Translations under genes and position numbers: made by a program | The notes under the pieces: model-generated | Told to the model about the DNA's origin: nothing | The model's database searches: none | Seen by the model: only the letters and a program-made list of their open reading frames with translations | Shown: piece after piece, positions 25,855 to 34,984 of the stretch | Layout of the letters: every line of letters starts with the position of its first letter | How positions within the stretch are numbered: position 1 is the first letter of the stretch | NCBI GenBank assembly: GCA_041577295.1 | Contig: JBFGJG010000036.1 | Location: 1 to 40,500 of the forward strand | Origin: Gemmatimonadales bacterium | GTDB taxonomy: Bacteria > Gemmatimonadota > Gemmatimonadetes > Gemmatimonadales > GWC2-71-9 | DNA: 40,500 nucleotides | Direction: 5' to 3'

Positions 25855-26529
25855 ATGTCGTTCGATTGGCGTATTGTCATCCTCACCGCCGAGCTGGCCG
25901 GTGTCACCACGCTCATCCTGCTCATTGGTGGCACACCGTTGGCGTGGTGGCTCACTCGAACGCGGTCACGCATCAGGCCTGCGGTCGAAGCGTTGGTCGC
26001 CCTCCCACTCGTTCTACCCCCAACGGTACTCGGCTTTTACCTGCTGGTCCTCTTGGGACCGGTGGGCGCTGTTGGTCGGGTATGGGAAGGGATCGGTGGA
26101 CCACGGCTCGTCTTTTCGTTCCCAGGACTCGTCGTGGGCTCGGTCCTCTATTCGCTGCCGTTCGTGGTGCAGCCGTTACACAACGCGTTTCGTACAATAC
26201 CAGAACGTCTCTTCGATGCGGCCGCGACATTGCGCGCGACACCCTTCGATCGATTCCGCTCGGTGGCGCTGCCGCTCGCGAGGCCAGGCTTTCTCACCGC
26301 GGCCACGCTCGGCTTTGCCCACACCGTGGGCGAGTTTGGTGTGGTGTTGCTCATCGGTGGCAACATTCCCGGCCGCACCGAAGTGCTCTCGATTGCGCTG
26401 TACAATCGGATCGAGGCCCTGCAGTACCCACAAGCGCACCTGATCGCGGCGAGCCTCTTGGCATTCAGCTTCCTCGTGCTGCTCACCGTGTATGCGCTCA
26501 ATCGCCGGTTCGAGACGCCGCGCCTGTGA
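25855..26529 (+). CDS. modB: Molybdate ABC transporter permease
   Basis: ALPLVLPPTVLGFYLL, YSLPFVVQP, FAHTVGEFGVVLLIGGNIPG. Confidence 0.95.
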   Translation: MSFDWRIVILTAELAGVTTLILLIGGTPLAWWLTRTRSRIRPAVEALVALPLVLPPTVLGFYLLVLLGPVGAVGRVWEGIGGPRLVFSFPGLVVGSVLYSLPFVVQPLHNAFRTIPERLFDAAATLRATPFDRFRSVALPLARPGFLTAATLGFAHTVGEFGVVLLIGGNIPGRTEVLSIALYNRIEALQYPQAHLIAASLLAFSFLVLLTVYALNRRFETPRL

Positions 26530-27608
26530 GTGGAATAGCCGTGCGACTCCGCATGAGCCGCGAAGCATTCACGCTTGACACGGCGTTCGAAGCACCGGGT
26601 CGCGGTGTCATTGGTCTCTTCGGTGCCTCGGGAAGCGGAAAGAGCACGTTGCTGCGTGGCATCGCCGGTCTCGAAGCCGATGCGCACGGCCTGGTACGCG
26701 TGAACGACGCGACATGGCAGGATGAATCGACCGGAGTGTCTCTCGCGCCGCACGAGCGCGGTGTGGGCTACGTGTCCCAAGAAGCGGACCTCTTTCCCCA
26801 CCTCACGGTTCGCGAGAATCTGACCTACGGCTTCAGCCGTGTGGCCCCAAGTGAGCGTCGACTCGAGTGGAACGATGTGGTCGAGTGGCTCTCCGTGACG
26901 CCGCTGCTCGATCGTACGATCGACAAACTGTCCGGTGGCGAGCGTCAACGCGTGGCCATCGCGCGTGCGCTCCTCGCGAGCCCCAAGCTCTTGCTCATGG
27001 ATGAACCGGTATCGGCACTGGACGAGCCAAGTCGCCGAGAAGTGTTAGACCACCTGGACCGCGTGCTCGCGCGGCTGGCGCTACCGGTGATCTACGTGAG
27101 CCACTCGCTCTCCGAGGTCGCGCGAATGGCCGCGCACCTCGTCTGGCTCACCGGCGGAACCGTTGGTGATGCGGGTGCGGTATCACAGGTGCTGGGCAGG
27201 CTCGACTTTGCCCGCTGGCGTGGAGAAGAGATGGGTGTCGTGCTCGATGGGGAGATCCGGTCGCACGACGACACCTATCAGCTCACCGGCGTGACCACGC
27301 CACTGGGCGAGCTGACCATTCACCGCCGAGCCGAAGCACCCGGAACATCCGTTCGAGTCCAGATTCTCGCCCGTGACGTCAGCCTCGGCCTCACGACCCA
27401 AGAGCGAAGCAGCATTCTCAACGAGCTGCAACTAAGCGTCATTGATCTCGTCGACCTCTCTCCCTCTGACAGCCTCGTCCGGCTCGGGCGCGTAGGCACG
27501 AACCTTGTGCTGCTAGCACGTGTCACCCGTAAGTCCCGCTCGATCCTCGGGCTCGAGCCCGGCCGGGTGGTCTTTGCTCGGGTCAAATCGGTGGCGGTCT
27601 TGGATTAG
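26526..27608 (+). CDS. modC: Molybdate ABC transporter ATP-binding protein with C-terminal TOBE domain
   Basis: GASGSGKST, LSGGERQRVAIARAL, LLMDEP, YVSHS, SSILN...VFARVKSVA; GTGA overlap with modB. Confidence 0.95.
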   Translation: MSGIAVRLRMSREAFTLDTAFEAPGRGVIGLFGASGSGKSTLLRGIAGLEADAHGLVRVNDATWQDESTGVSLAPHERGVGYVSQEADLFPHLTVRENLTYGFSRVAPSERRLEWNDVVEWLSVTPLLDRTIDKLSGGERQRVAIARALLASPKLLLMDEPVSALDEPSRREVLDHLDRVLARLALPVIYVSHSLSEVARMAAHLVWLTGGTVGDAGAVSQVLGRLDFARWRGEEMGVVLDGEIRSHDDTYQLTGVTTPLGELTIHRRAEAPGTSVRVQILARDVSLGLTTQERSSILNELQLSVIDLVDLSPSDSLVRLGRVGTNLVLLARVTRKSRSILGLEPGRVVFARVKSVAVLD

Positions 27609-27656
27609 GGGTTTTTTTTGGCGCAGAATTCGGGGGCTGTTCGCCCGTTGCTTCAG

Positions 27657-27695
27657 AAAAAAATCATTGGACGATCAGGCCGACTGTTGTACTAT
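27657..27695 (+). promoter_or_regulatory. Sigma70-type promoter with upstream A-tract
   Basis: A7 tract (27657-27663), TTGGAC (27667-27672), 17 bp, TACTAT (27690-27695). Confidence 0.6.
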
Positions 27696-27700
27696 GTATT

Positions 27701-27805
27701 GTCGAGGTTTCCCCAGTGGTTTCGAGGTAGGCCTGCATGCCCCGACCTCGAAGGGAGACCCGGGTGGCTCGCTTCACCGGCGTGAGGCGAGCCACTGATT
27801 TTTTT
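27701..27805 (+). ncRNA. Candidate structured leader RNA or sRNA (unassigned family)
   Basis: Nested stems GGTTTCCC/GGGAGACC and TTCGAGGT/ACCTCGAA, then a terminator hairpin; bounded by a promoter and a U-tract. Confidence 0.5.
27764..27805 (+). terminator. Intrinsic terminator inside the 5' region of the subtilase gene
   Basis: GTGGCTCGCTTCAC-CGGC-GTGAGGCGAGCCAC (14-bp stem, one G-U) followed by TGA-T7. Confidence 0.8.
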
Positions 27806-27933
27806 GGGCCTCTCTCCCCGTCTCCCGACGTCACCGGCCTAGTTCTTGCCACTCCCCCCGTCGCGACTTGAGAATCGGGACCCGGCCGCCGGTTGGGCAT
27901 CGGGCTCGCCGATCATCGGTACGGAGGCCTAGG

Positions 27934-29526
27934 ATGAGACTGAAGCAAATTGCACTGTCGTTGATGCCACTGGCTCTGGTTGCGTGCGAGACCGCGACGC
28001 AGCCCGGCGGAATCCCGACGGGAACCGAGCCATTTCTCCAACTTCAGCTATCGACCCAGGCTCCCGAGCAGATGGTGCCCGGCATGGTGGTCGTAAAGCT
28101 GCAAAGCACCGCGGCTGCCGAGGAGGTCGCGGCCGCCCATGGCATGAGCGTGGCCCGGCGGGGCCCCCGCAACGCCTTCGTGCTGCTGCGAGGCGCCGCC
28201 GGGAACGAGCGCGCGCTCGCCGCCCGGCTCGGCGACGATCCGCGCGTGGTGTATGCGGAGCCCGACTTCCTCCGCCAACCCACCGCCATCGACCCCAGAA
28301 TGTGGGCCTTTCACAATCCCGGCGGGCTGACCGTCGACTACACGCGGGGCCGGAGGAAAGGATCGCCGGTCACGTCATACAAGTCGGTGGCCGACGCGGA
28401 TGAGGACAACATCGAGGCGTACGCCGCCGGCGGCAGCCCGGTCGTCATCGGCAGCATCGACACCGGTGTGGAGTTCGGTCACCCCGAGTTCCTCCCGGGC
28501 CAGCTCGTCGCGGGAAGCGACTGGTACAGCAACGACGGAGATCCCAGCGATGAGGACGGCCACGGGACACACACCACGGGCACGATGGCGGGACAGTCCG
28601 TAGGCGTTGCCGGTGTGTCCGGCGCCGGCGGGAACGTCACCGTCTACGTTCAGCGCGTCTGCGGCCCACTGGGATGCCCCTTGTCGGCTATCGCAAGCGC
28701 GATCATCGAAGCGGCGGACGTCCCCGGCATGGTCGCGATGAACCTGAGCCTCGGCGGCGCGTCTCAATCCCAGGCGGAGAAGGATGCCATCGACTACGCT
28801 GTGAACACCAGAGGCATCCTCGTCATCGCATCGGCGGGAAACGACGGTACGAGCACCGTGAGCTGCCCGGCCTGCGATCCACTGACCATCTCGGTCGCCG
28901 CGAGCAATTGGCTGGACACGCGATCTTACTACTCGAACTGGGGACCGGGACTCGACCTCACCGCCCCGGGTGGTGAGCTCTACTCGAACACGACGGATGA
29001 GGCGGGGATCTTCAGCGCCTACGTTGGCGGCGGATATGCGTACGCGCAGGGCACGTCCATGGCGGCACCGCAGGTCACCGGCACGGCCGGCATCGTGGCC
29101 TCGGTGACGGGTCTCACGGGATCGGCGCTCCGCAGCCGGCTCGAAAGCGCAGCGGACGATCTGGGCCCGAGCGGATACGACACGGGGTACGGCCACGGAC
29201 GCATCAACAGCTACCGCGCCGTCACCAACACCACGCTCGACGAAGGCGGCGGGGGAACGGGCGGTGGGACACTGACCGCGTCGTTCAGCTACTCATGCGG
29301 TGGAAGCTCGACCTGCGATTTCGACGGCAGCTCCTCGACCGGCGCCACGTCATACGACTGGGATTTCGCAGGTTTGGCACCCGCAAACGGCGTGACCGCC
29401 ACCCATACCTTCCCGGACGCGGGCGACTACCTGGTAACGCTTACCGTTGGAGACGGCAGCGGAACAGATACCACCAGCCAAACGGTCAGTTGCAGCTTCA
29501 AAGGGCGAAAGCTGCGGTGTAACTAG
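27934..29526 (+). CDS. Subtilisin-family (S8) serine protease lipoprotein with prodomain and C-terminal PKD domain
   Basis: Lipobox LVAC; triad IDTG / GHGTH / GTSMAAP; oxyanion SAGN; PKD FDGSSS..YDWDF..HTF..G.YLVTLTV. Confidence 0.95.
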   Translation: MRLKQIALSLMPLALVACETATQPGGIPTGTEPFLQLQLSTQAPEQMVPGMVVVKLQSTAAAEEVAAAHGMSVARRGPRNAFVLLRGAAGNERALAARLGDDPRVVYAEPDFLRQPTAIDPRMWAFHNPGGLTVDYTRGRRKGSPVTSYKSVADADEDNIEAYAAGGSPVVIGSIDTGVEFGHPEFLPGQLVAGSDWYSNDGDPSDEDGHGTHTTGTMAGQSVGVAGVSGAGGNVTVYVQRVCGPLGCPLSAIASAIIEAADVPGMVAMNLSLGGASQSQAEKDAIDYAVNTRGILVIASAGNDGTSTVSCPACDPLTISVAASNWLDTRSYYSNWGPGLDLTAPGGELYSNTTDEAGIFSAYVGGGYAYAQGTSMAAPQVTGTAGIVASVTGLTGSALRSRLESAADDLGPSGYDTGYGHGRINSYRAVTNTTLDEGGGGTGGGTLTASFSYSCGGSSTCDFDGSSSTGATSYDWDFAGLAPANGVTATHTFPDAGDYLVTLTVGDGSGTDTTSQTVSCSFKGRKLRCN

Positions 29527-29608
29527 CGGGAAGCGCCGGGCATGAGTCGCTTCCAAACAATCATGCCCGGCGATCACCCAACCCTCTGACAGTCTCTGAG
29601 CGCCTGAC

Positions 29609-30076
29609 TCAAGGCACGTTGTTGCTGAACATATCCACTGCGATTTTCCATTCCCCACCCTCACGCACCCAAACCACTAGGTACTTCGCGGGAATGGGAC
29701 CGTCCGGCGTGTTGATCGTTGCCGTGCCAAAATCGTAGGCCATGTCACCGGACGACGACACGTGCGCTTCGGTGGGCTCCCATGAAGCATCGAGCTCGAA
29801 CATCGCCTGCCACTGAGCTCGCAGCGCTTCGTGACCAACGACCGGCTCGGCATCGGGCGGCATCTGCCGAGCATCGGTCGCATGCAGGTTCACGATCCAC
29901 TCCAAATCCTTCTCCTGAAACTTCTGTGACCATTGGCGCTCGAGTGCCATGATCGCGGCCGCTTCCGCAGCTGAATCGATCGCCATCTCCGTTCCTGCGT
30001 CCGGTCGTGTCCCTTGGCAGGCGACCAACGCGACGACGGCGAGTGCGGCCAAAGCTCCCCTCATCTGGGTATGCAT
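29609..30076 (-). CDS. DUF4440/SnoaL-like (NTF2-fold) lipoprotein
   Basis: GGGAG SD before ATG 30076; lipobox LVAC; SGDMAYDFG..KYLVVWVREGGEWKIAVD. Confidence 0.88.
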   Translation of the reverse strand: MHTQMRGALAALAVVALVACQGTRPDAGTEMAIDSAAEAAAIMALERQWSQKFQEKDLEWIVNLHATDARQMPPDAEPVVGHEALRAQWQAMFELDASWEPTEAHVSSSGDMAYDFGTATINTPDGPIPAKYLVVWVREGGEWKIAVDMFSNNVP

Positions 30077-30294
30077 GAAAACTCCCTGAAGTAGTGTCTT
30101 GCAGAACGAGACATAAGATGGGGCCAATGCACACCGTCGGCTAGCTAAACAGCAGATCACATTGCGCGTGCTGCGGCGAGGGCAGACGTGACTTGGCCAT
30201 GCCAGAAAGTTCTCCTGCCGCCGATCCCGCTGTTCCCGCCACTCCGGCGGTAGTTGAAACACACCCAACGTTTTACACGTAGATTCACCATACG

Positions 30295-31878
30295 ATGACA
30301 ACTCCAATCAGCGCTGAATTCCTGGCACTCCAGGAGTACCTGGCTGGCCGCTACTCGATTGAGGCGGAGCTGGGACGTGGAGGCATGGGGATCGTGCTGC
30401 TGGCTCGTGACGTAGCGCTCGACCGGCTCGTGGCCATCAAGCTCCTTCCGCCGGCGCTCGCGGCGAACGCCGAGTATCGCGACCGGTTTCTCCGCGAGGC
30501 GCGGACTGCGGCTGGCCTTTCGCATCCCAACATCGTGCCGATTCATACCGTCGAGGAGCACGACGAGTTGGTGTTTTTCGTCATGGGGTTCGTGGATGGT
30601 GAGACGTTGCGCGAGCGGGTCGAGCGTCTCGGCCCACTGACGCCACGGCTCACGATGAAGCTCATGCAGGACGTGGCCTGGGCACTCGCCTATGCCCATC
30701 AGCGCGGAGTCATCCACCGTGACATCAAGCCAGACAACATCATGATCGAGCAGGCCACCGATCGCGCCATGGTCACCGACTTCGGCATCGCGCTCGGCCG
30801 GCGTGATACGGTGCGCGGCGGGGAGGTGATCGGGACAGCGCGGTACATGAGTCCCGAGCAGGCGTGCGGCGAATCGGTGGACGCGAGAAGCGACCTCTAC
30901 TCATTGGGTGGGACGGCTTTCTTCGCGCTCACGGGTCGGGCACCGGTGGAAGGGAAGAACCTTCCGGCAATCCTGGCGAAGCAGGCAACCCAACCGGTGC
31001 CAGCCATTCGAACAGTACGATCCGACGTTCCCACGAAGCTGGCGGACGTGGTGGATCGGTGTCTTGCCAAGAAGCCCGAGGACCGCCTACAGACGGGTGA
31101 CGATGTCGCGCGCGCCGTCGGTGAGGCACGCGGGCGCGAGCTGCGCGCGCCACCCGTCGTGCGGAGCTTTGTCCGCAATGCGCAAGTCACCACCATGGTC
31201 ATCATCGCGGTCGTCGTCGCTGGGCAAGGCGTCTCAGTCAACGAATCTGGTATCCAGAACATCTCGCTCGGTCCCGGGTTGATCGGGATGATCCTGCTGA
31301 TACAGCTCATGGCGACGGCGCGGCGTCTTCTGCGCGACGGTTATGCCTTCGTCGACATTCGGGAGGCGTTGCTAGCGGAGGCGCAAGTCCAAGAGGAGGA
31401 AGCCGAAGAGCTGCAACAACGCCGTTGGCTGCGGTGGCTCAACAGCCGGTGGCATCGGATGTGGGCAGGCAGGTTTGGTCGCTGGTTTTTCCGCGTCGCC
31501 GGTTGGCGGCTCAAAGCGCCTAAACGCCATGCGCTTCCGTCAGCAGACGCGACCGAGTTCGTGCTCGGTCGCTCGACGATCGCCGCGTACGAGGCACTCT
31601 CCGATGAGGTGCGCCGTGAAGCTCGTGAGGTTCCAGACGTCGTAGAGCATCTCGAGGAGCGGGCTGAGCACATGCGCGCACGGGGTGAGACTGGAAAAGC
31701 GCTCAATGATACGATGGCGGCGTTGGAGAATCTTCGCGTCGCGATGCTCAAGTTGCAGGCCGGGATGGGTTCGGTGAACGACCTGACACTTCAGCTCGAG
31801 CGAGCGAAAGCCATCGGGGAGGCGGTGGATCGCCGTCTCGCGGCGGTGCAGGAAGTGGAGGAGGTGGTGAGGGAATGA
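30295..31878 (+). CDS. Hanks-type Ser/Thr protein kinase with C-terminal membrane and helical region
   Basis: LGRGGMG, VAIK, HRDIKPDN, DFG, YMSPE, SDLYSLG; two hydrophobic segments, then a helical tail. Confidence 0.93.
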   Translation: MTTPISAEFLALQEYLAGRYSIEAELGRGGMGIVLLARDVALDRLVAIKLLPPALAANAEYRDRFLREARTAAGLSHPNIVPIHTVEEHDELVFFVMGFVDGETLRERVERLGPLTPRLTMKLMQDVAWALAYAHQRGVIHRDIKPDNIMIEQATDRAMVTDFGIALGRRDTVRGGEVIGTARYMSPEQACGESVDARSDLYSLGGTAFFALTGRAPVEGKNLPAILAKQATQPVPAIRTVRSDVPTKLADVVDRCLAKKPEDRLQTGDDVARAVGEARGRELRAPPVVRSFVRNAQVTTMVIIAVVVAGQGVSVNESGIQNISLGPGLIGMILLIQLMATARRLLRDGYAFVDIREALLAEAQVQEEEAEELQQRRWLRWLNSRWHRMWAGRFGRWFFRVAGWRLKAPKRHALPSADATEFVLGRSTIAAYEALSDEVRREAREVPDVVEHLEERAEHMRARGETGKALNDTMAALENLRVAMLKLQAGMGSVNDLTLQLERAKAIGEAVDRRLAAVQEVEEVVRE

Positions 31879-31884
31879 GCTCGG

Positions 31885-34782
31885 TTAATTCACCGGCCCC
31901 AGGTATCGATCGAGCCAGTCCAGCGTCTCGCTGATCAGCTGGGTTCGTGGCACGAAATGTCCGCCGTCAGAAATCACGTGACGTTTGTGCTCGGGCGGTG
32001 TTCCGAACAACTCGAACATCGGCCTGGCGGACGTCTCGAGCGGAAAGACGACGTCGAGCCGCCCGCTCAGCATGAGCAAGGGGGTGGTCGCACGCGGGAG
32101 AAAGTTGATCGGGTCAACCTCCGGGTGTGACGGATCGATATCGACCCCGGCCACATACAGCACAGCCGCGTCAAAGCGCGGTTCGAGCGCAAGCATGATC
32201 GGGGCAAGCCTCCCACCCCAGCTATAGCCATAGTAGGCAAGGCGCCCCGCATCGATGTCACCGCGCGTTTCGAGGTAATCGACTGACCGCCGCAGATCTT
32301 TGGCCCACTGGATGACGTGCTCTCGGTAGAGGTTGCTCCGGTCGGCCGCGGTCGACGCCAACTCGCTGTCCCGTTCGAACGTCCCTTTGTAAACCGGGAA
32401 CGCAACGGCCCGACCGCTCTTCACTGCGAAGTCCAGATGAATCGTCCGCCACTCGTCGATGGACCGCTGATGGAGGGCGGCGGTTCCGGGAAAGTACACC
32501 ACCGTATGAAAGGGTCCTCGTTTGTTGATTGGAAGATGGAGGTATAGAATCAGGCGCTCGCCGCCGTATGACGCGTCGAACGAAATCCGTTCTCGAGTCC
32601 AATGCCGTGTGGTGTCGATCGTCTCGACAACCGCATTGAGTGGATTCGGGTCGTACGCATACATCCGGCGATAGATGTCGAACAAGTCATCGGAAACACG
32701 TTGCCTACGCGCGACATCCGGGACACGGCTCACCGGCACCGGCAGACGTGCTCGGAGCAGCGCTGCTTCCGCATCGCGATACGTCGCCAGCCGGAACCCG
32801 TTCGTGGCAGAACGATCGAACGGCAGCTGTGAATAGGAGACGTTCATCGCGAGAAAGTACGGATCGTTCCAACCCGCACCTAAGATGAACCGCGTTTCAC
32901 CCGCCGAGTTGTAGCACCATTCCCGAACGTTCCCAGCCATGTCGTAGGCTCCGACGTAGCTGATCCCCTGGTGTTCGCCAACCGGAGCCGGCCCGCCACT
33001 GTCCAGATTACTGAGAGGAGCCATCCATGAGGTGGCACGCACCCCATACGCGCGCCGCCAGTGATGAACCGTCGGGAGCTCCTTATCGACGAACCGCGCG
33101 TACGCCGCCGCCTCGTACCAGCTCACTCCCGTGACCGGGTAGTCGTCCTGGCCCGCTGGGTAGTCTCCCACCTCCCAGGTGCTCGGCCCGGGACGCCCTG
33201 TCTTGTCCACGAAGTGGGCGATCGCGGCGTCCCAACTGAGCGTGCGTCCGTCCCTCTCGAAGGGATGCTCCCATAACTCCCGCCGCCCGTATCCGCCAGC
33301 GTCCACAAACTCCTTGAACTCACGGTTGGTCACCTCAAAGCGGTCGATAAAAAAGTCTGCGAGCGCTAGCCTCTCTCCCTGCACCTCGGGAGTCCAGCCG
33401 CGAACACGCACCATACCCTCCGGCAGCGTTCCAGCCGTGTCGAGTGTGAAGGGGCCGATCGAGGAACCGCCATCGGCTGCGAGCAGGGTCGCAAACCCTT
33501 CCCGCTCCAGCCGAAACCTGGAGTAGCCGTACGGGATTCTGATGCTGTCAAGCGGTGTTCTACCCAATTCCTCCCACTCGGCACTCGGCACCGAATACTC
33601 CTGCCGAAACACCATGGCCCCTGCCGGCTCGGATTCGATGCTGACAACCCGCGTGAAGGTAGACCACAAATCACGGAGGATGGGATCATCGGGCAGGATG
33701 GCACTCGCTTCGTTCGCAAGCCGATAGGCTGCCTCCCACCCCCCCGCCTCGACGTGCTGCTCGATCTGCGGGATGGCTTGCTCCCGTACCCATCGTGCGC
33801 GATCTCCGGCAAACAGCTTCGGCAACCCGGCAGCAATGAGCACGACCGCAAGCACCGCCACCGCGACGAGTGTGGCGAGCCGCCGATTCACGCCGAGGAC
33901 GGTCGGGCGGGTCCCGACCGGTGTCAGCCCACCCGTCGGCGTCGTGATGAGCGTCTCCAACACGCCGAGCAACTCACCCGCACTCCCCCACCGGTCCTGC
34001 GGATCTTTCGCGAGACACCGCATGATGGCATCGTTGAGGATGGGCGGGACGTCCGTGCGCAGCGCTGCCACGGGCTCGGGAATTTCGCTGACGTGCGCGG
34101 CGAGAATCGCTTGGGCTGTCGATCCCCCGATCGGGGTTCGCCCAGTGAGCATCTCATAGCCGATGACACCCACGGCATAGATGTCGGCACGGTGGTCGGT
34201 GCTGGGGTCGGCAGTGGCCTGCTCAGGTGCCATGTAGTGCGGTGTGCCGAGTGCCAAACCCGCCGTCGTGAGCTTGTACTGCGTGGTGGCGTCGGTCACA
34301 GCCTTGGCCACACCAAAATCCGTCACTAGAGCGTGGCGTCCCGAAAGCAACACATTCTCTGGCTTGATATCGCGGTGCACCACGCCCTTGGCGTGCGCTT
34401 CGGCGAGCGCATCGGTCACCTCTTTGAGAATTCGCGTGGCTTCGGAAATCCCGAGCTGGCCCTCCGCGCTCAGCTTCTGCCGCAGCGACTCGCCCTCTAT
34501 GAACGGCATCACGTAATAGAGAAAGCCGTCGGTCTCACCCGAGTCGTGCAGTGGAAGGATGTGGGGATGTGTGAGGGCTGCCGCGATCTCGATCTCACGG
34601 AGAAACCGCTCAGCACCAAGCGTTGCGGCCAACTCCGGGCGCAACACCTTCAATGCTACCTTGCGGTGATGCCGCAGGTCTTCAGCGAGGTAGACAGTCG
34701 CCATCCCTCCCGCACCGATCTCCCGTTCGACGGCATACCGATCGGCAACGGCTGCCTTGACGCGGTCGAGTAGCTCAGCCAT
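31885..34782 (-). CDS. Ser/Thr kinase - TM - FGE-sulfatase-like domain - alpha/beta hydrolase fusion
   Basis: IGAGGMA, HRDIKPEN, DFG, YMAPE; TM; IDRFEVTN, PVTGVSWYEAAAY, YDMAGNVREW, GFRL; GYSWGG, GRLD, GGH. GAGGTG SD before ATG 34782. Confidence 0.92.
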   Translation of the reverse strand: MAELLDRVKAAVADRYAVEREIGAGGMATVYLAEDLRHHRKVALKVLRPELAATLGAERFLREIEIAAALTHPHILPLHDSGETDGFLYYVMPFIEGESLRQKLSAEGQLGISEATRILKEVTDALAEAHAKGVVHRDIKPENVLLSGRHALVTDFGVAKAVTDATTQYKLTTAGLALGTPHYMAPEQATADPSTDHRADIYAVGVIGYEMLTGRTPIGGSTAQAILAAHVSEIPEPVAALRTDVPPILNDAIMRCLAKDPQDRWGSAGELLGVLETLITTPTGGLTPVGTRPTVLGVNRRLATLVAVAVLAVVLIAAGLPKLFAGDRARWVREQAIPQIEQHVEAGGWEAAYRLANEASAILPDDPILRDLWSTFTRVVSIESEPAGAMVFRQEYSVPSAEWEELGRTPLDSIRIPYGYSRFRLEREGFATLLAADGGSSIGPFTLDTAGTLPEGMVRVRGWTPEVQGERLALADFFIDRFEVTNREFKEFVDAGGYGRRELWEHPFERDGRTLSWDAAIAHFVDKTGRPGPSTWEVGDYPAGQDDYPVTGVSWYEAAAYARFVDKELPTVHHWRRAYGVRATSWMAPLSNLDSGGPAPVGEHQGISYVGAYDMAGNVREWCYNSAGETRFILGAGWNDPYFLAMNVSYSQLPFDRSATNGFRLATYRDAEAALLRARLPVPVSRVPDVARRQRVSDDLFDIYRRMYAYDPNPLNAVVETIDTTRHWTRERISFDASYGGERLILYLHLPINKRGPFHTVVYFPGTAALHQRSIDEWRTIHLDFAVKSGRAVAFPVYKGTFERDSELASTAADRSNLYREHVIQWAKDLRRSVDYLETRGDIDAGRLAYYGYSWGGRLAPIMLALEPRFDAAVLYVAGVDIDPSHPEVDPINFLPRATTPLLMLSGRLDVVFPLETSARPMFELFGTPPEHKRHVISDGGHFVPRTQLISETLDWLDRYLGPVN

Positions 34783-34984
34783 TGGGCCCACCTCGGTGCA
34801 TCTCACCAACAATAGGGCGCAGCCACACGATCAGCCAGTTGACGGGCATCATCTGCGCCTTCCCAGGCCTGAAAAACGGCCGTACTCTATCTACCACACA
34901 TTCCGCGTTGAGCACTGGATGGTACCGTCACTTCGATGCCAATCTGGGCTTGCGCAAATCTCTAGAGGGCGAAGGAGGCGAAAC

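Noticed and set aside
25866..26525. Apparent 220-aa N-terminal extension of ModC
   Set aside because: It is an alternative frame over modB. GTG 26526 overlapping the modB stop gives a normal-length ModC.
24881..27608. Functional link between modABC and the ether-lipid genes
   Set aside because: None of the ether-lipid enzymes uses molybdenum; adjacency alone is insufficient.
27609..27663. T8 run after modC as its terminator
   Set aside because: No GC hairpin precedes the T run; the A/T tracts fit better as upstream promoter elements.
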